From: Oikopleura dioica
Lineage: Eukaryota > Animalia > Chordata
Assembly (NCBI GenBank): GCA_907165135.1
Contig: OU015567.1
Location: 1,612,001 to 1,676,000, forward strand
DNA length: 64,000 bases
Reading direction: 5' to 3'
The position numbers and the translations under genes were made by a program. The notes beneath the pieces are model-generated. The model was not told the DNA's origin. It was given only the letters and a program-made list of their open reading frames with translations, and searched no databases. Below are positions 62,139-64,000 of the stretch, piece after piece. The stretch's first letter is position 1. Each line of letters opens with the position of its first letter.

Positions 62139-63915
62139 TTAACAAATTATTGTTGGGCAGGAATCAATGCAAATTTCAATTGAGCAGGTCATTTCGTATG
62201 CTTCTGCGCCGGATAATCCAAATGCTTTGAATTGAAAGGTTTTGTCGGAGGAAGAAAGGAGGTCAGAAGTCAGCTCGAAGTCGAGGTATTGGGAGGCAAG
62301 GGCATTTGGGCAGTTGTTTTCGATGATTGGGAATGATGAGTCTATGTTTGTAGCACCTAAATTCAAAATAACTTTCTTGAAAAAGAAGGCATCTAATTGG
62401 TATTTGACGAAAATTTTTTGTTTCTAAGTTTATCGAAAATAGAAATTTGACAAAAAATAATTCTGTTGAATAAAGTTCATATTATGAAAACAGCATTCTT
62501 TTAATCCCATTCCACTTTTTTCAAAAACAATCAGATTGACTTTTTAGATGAACTTAATTTTCTGCCATAAACAGGATCGCGATTCAAGTCTACCGAATCA
62601 CAATTGAATTTGGACAAAATAAACATAGCGGAAACAAATCTGTTCCTGTGGAAGTTTTTTCGCAATTCTTGCGCGTTTTTCAAGAAAAGAAAACAGTATC
62701 TTACCAACAGAGCAGTCAGAAATGTAAAACTGAAATGGCGCCTCGTCGAGTCCTGTTTCGCTGAAATCATAGAGGACTGATCCATAAATAGTCGAGCCGA
62801 TAATGAAGACGTCGTGTTTTGGCCCAACGCCCATGAGATCCAGTGCAAATGACCCGCTTAGATCTCCCGTTTCTGTCGACGAAATCGTTTCCTCAAATTT
62901 CTCTAGCTCAAATTTCTCAAGAAAAGCAAACCTTTTCTTCATTTTCCATTTGAAAAGTCTTGAACATGAATGACTTAATTACAGTTTTCGCGTATTCACA
63001 TCTGATAAAAAGCTCTTCATCATGCTTCGCTTCGTTGGAGAGGTGAATGGAAGATTCAAGGATTAGACTTTCGGACTCTTCGGCGAAGGAAATTCCACAG
63101 ATGTTGAGGTCGTGAACGGATAGCTCGATTCTTACGAAATTTCTTTTGATGAGTTTTCAAAAAAATATTTTCAAACTAACCAAGATAGCAGACTACCAAA
63201 GTGCAGTAAGATGCAATTACAATTTACTCAAAATTATTGAAAAATATCAAAGCTTATCAGAAGAAAAACATCAAAATGCCATTATAAACGCGGTTATTAT
63301 GGTTTCTATTCAGAAAAAAAAACGAAAAAAATATCTTTAAAAACTCGTTCCTTTGATCTTCAAAATGCATTTCCATCTTCGAAAACTCAAGCAAGCAGTC
63401 TCCCGCGCTCAACTTCGCCCCTTCCCCTTCCTCATTAGCATGGTCGAAGATGCACTCATCGATTTCAATTCTAACACCACTTGCCAAGCAGCTATGCTCA
63501 ATTTTTTCTTCGAAAATGTCGCTCTCAAGAAAGCATCCCTTCGATGGATGAAAGTCCCAGCAAGAGCCGGGGCAGTTGGATTTTCTGACGAAGGAAAGAA
63601 GATTTTCTTGCATCGCGATTTCGGAAGATTCGATGATGGTGTTTTGGTTGAAGTCAAAGGCGGGAGTGGAGTTGAAGATTTCGAGCATGTTTTCTGGCAG
63701 AATCCAGTCACCTGAAAATCAATCGAATAAAAAATGACAAAAATCTTCCGTAAAAATTTCTTACCTACTGAAGGATCATCAATAAACATGACCAATTCTT
63801 CTCTGTTGATCACAAAATTATCTCCAAGAATCAAACTGTCCCAGTCAACAGGTTGAATTACTGAAGCTTGCAAGACTTCACAGCTCATAAAAAGCAAAAA
63901 CACCGAATTTTTCAT
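62139..63915 (-). CDS. Secreted ZP-domain-like protein
   Basis: Signal MKNSVFLLFMSCEVLQA; CPGSCW..GC; FYISDCSV, IIENNCP, FQFKAF, MTCSIEIC. Confidence 0.7.
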
Positions 63916-64000
63916 TTTTCGATTCGTTCTTTTTTAAATTTGAAAAACTGAAGTTTTGTATCTTGGAGAAAATGGGGTCAGTTATATATGGCCGGGCACT

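Noticed and set aside
1-64000. tRNA, rRNA or snRNA genes
   Set aside because: No cloverleaf, A/B-box pair or recognisable rRNA/snRNA sequence found by eye; a covariance-model scan would be needed to exclude them.

Overview
Compact, intron-rich eukaryotic genomic DNA. Tiny introns, GA-AG introns, operon-like gene spacing, connexin/claudin/ZP genes and many MITEs point to a tunicate, most likely the larvacean Oikopleura (inferred). About 22 genes or gene relics: inactive PLA2-like protein, SLC43-like pseudogene, mucin-linked serine protease, aminotransferase fragment, EGF-mucin, GT8 xylosyltransferase, claudin, MTIF2, RRP1 (with a nested antisense gene in a 1.86-kb intron), POLD2, NDUFAF6, CCDC66-like, Ig-CAM, arylsulfatase, connexin, ZP-domain protein and several orphans. 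Non-autonomous DNA transposons are abundant (TTAA-TSD, TA-TSD and 8-bp-TSD hAT-type). Main observation: all three intact 8-bp-TSD hAT-type elements sit in coding exons or on a splice site. Their ends plus the TSD create splice sites that would remove them in frame, two with a net +6 nt, i.e. Introner-like intron gain. One is a 950-bp near-perfect palindrome that would work in either orientation. Second observation: a GC-rich module with compensatory base changes occurs as convergent pairs at two loci 54 kb apart. Exon boundaries were read by eye and are approximate unless stated.
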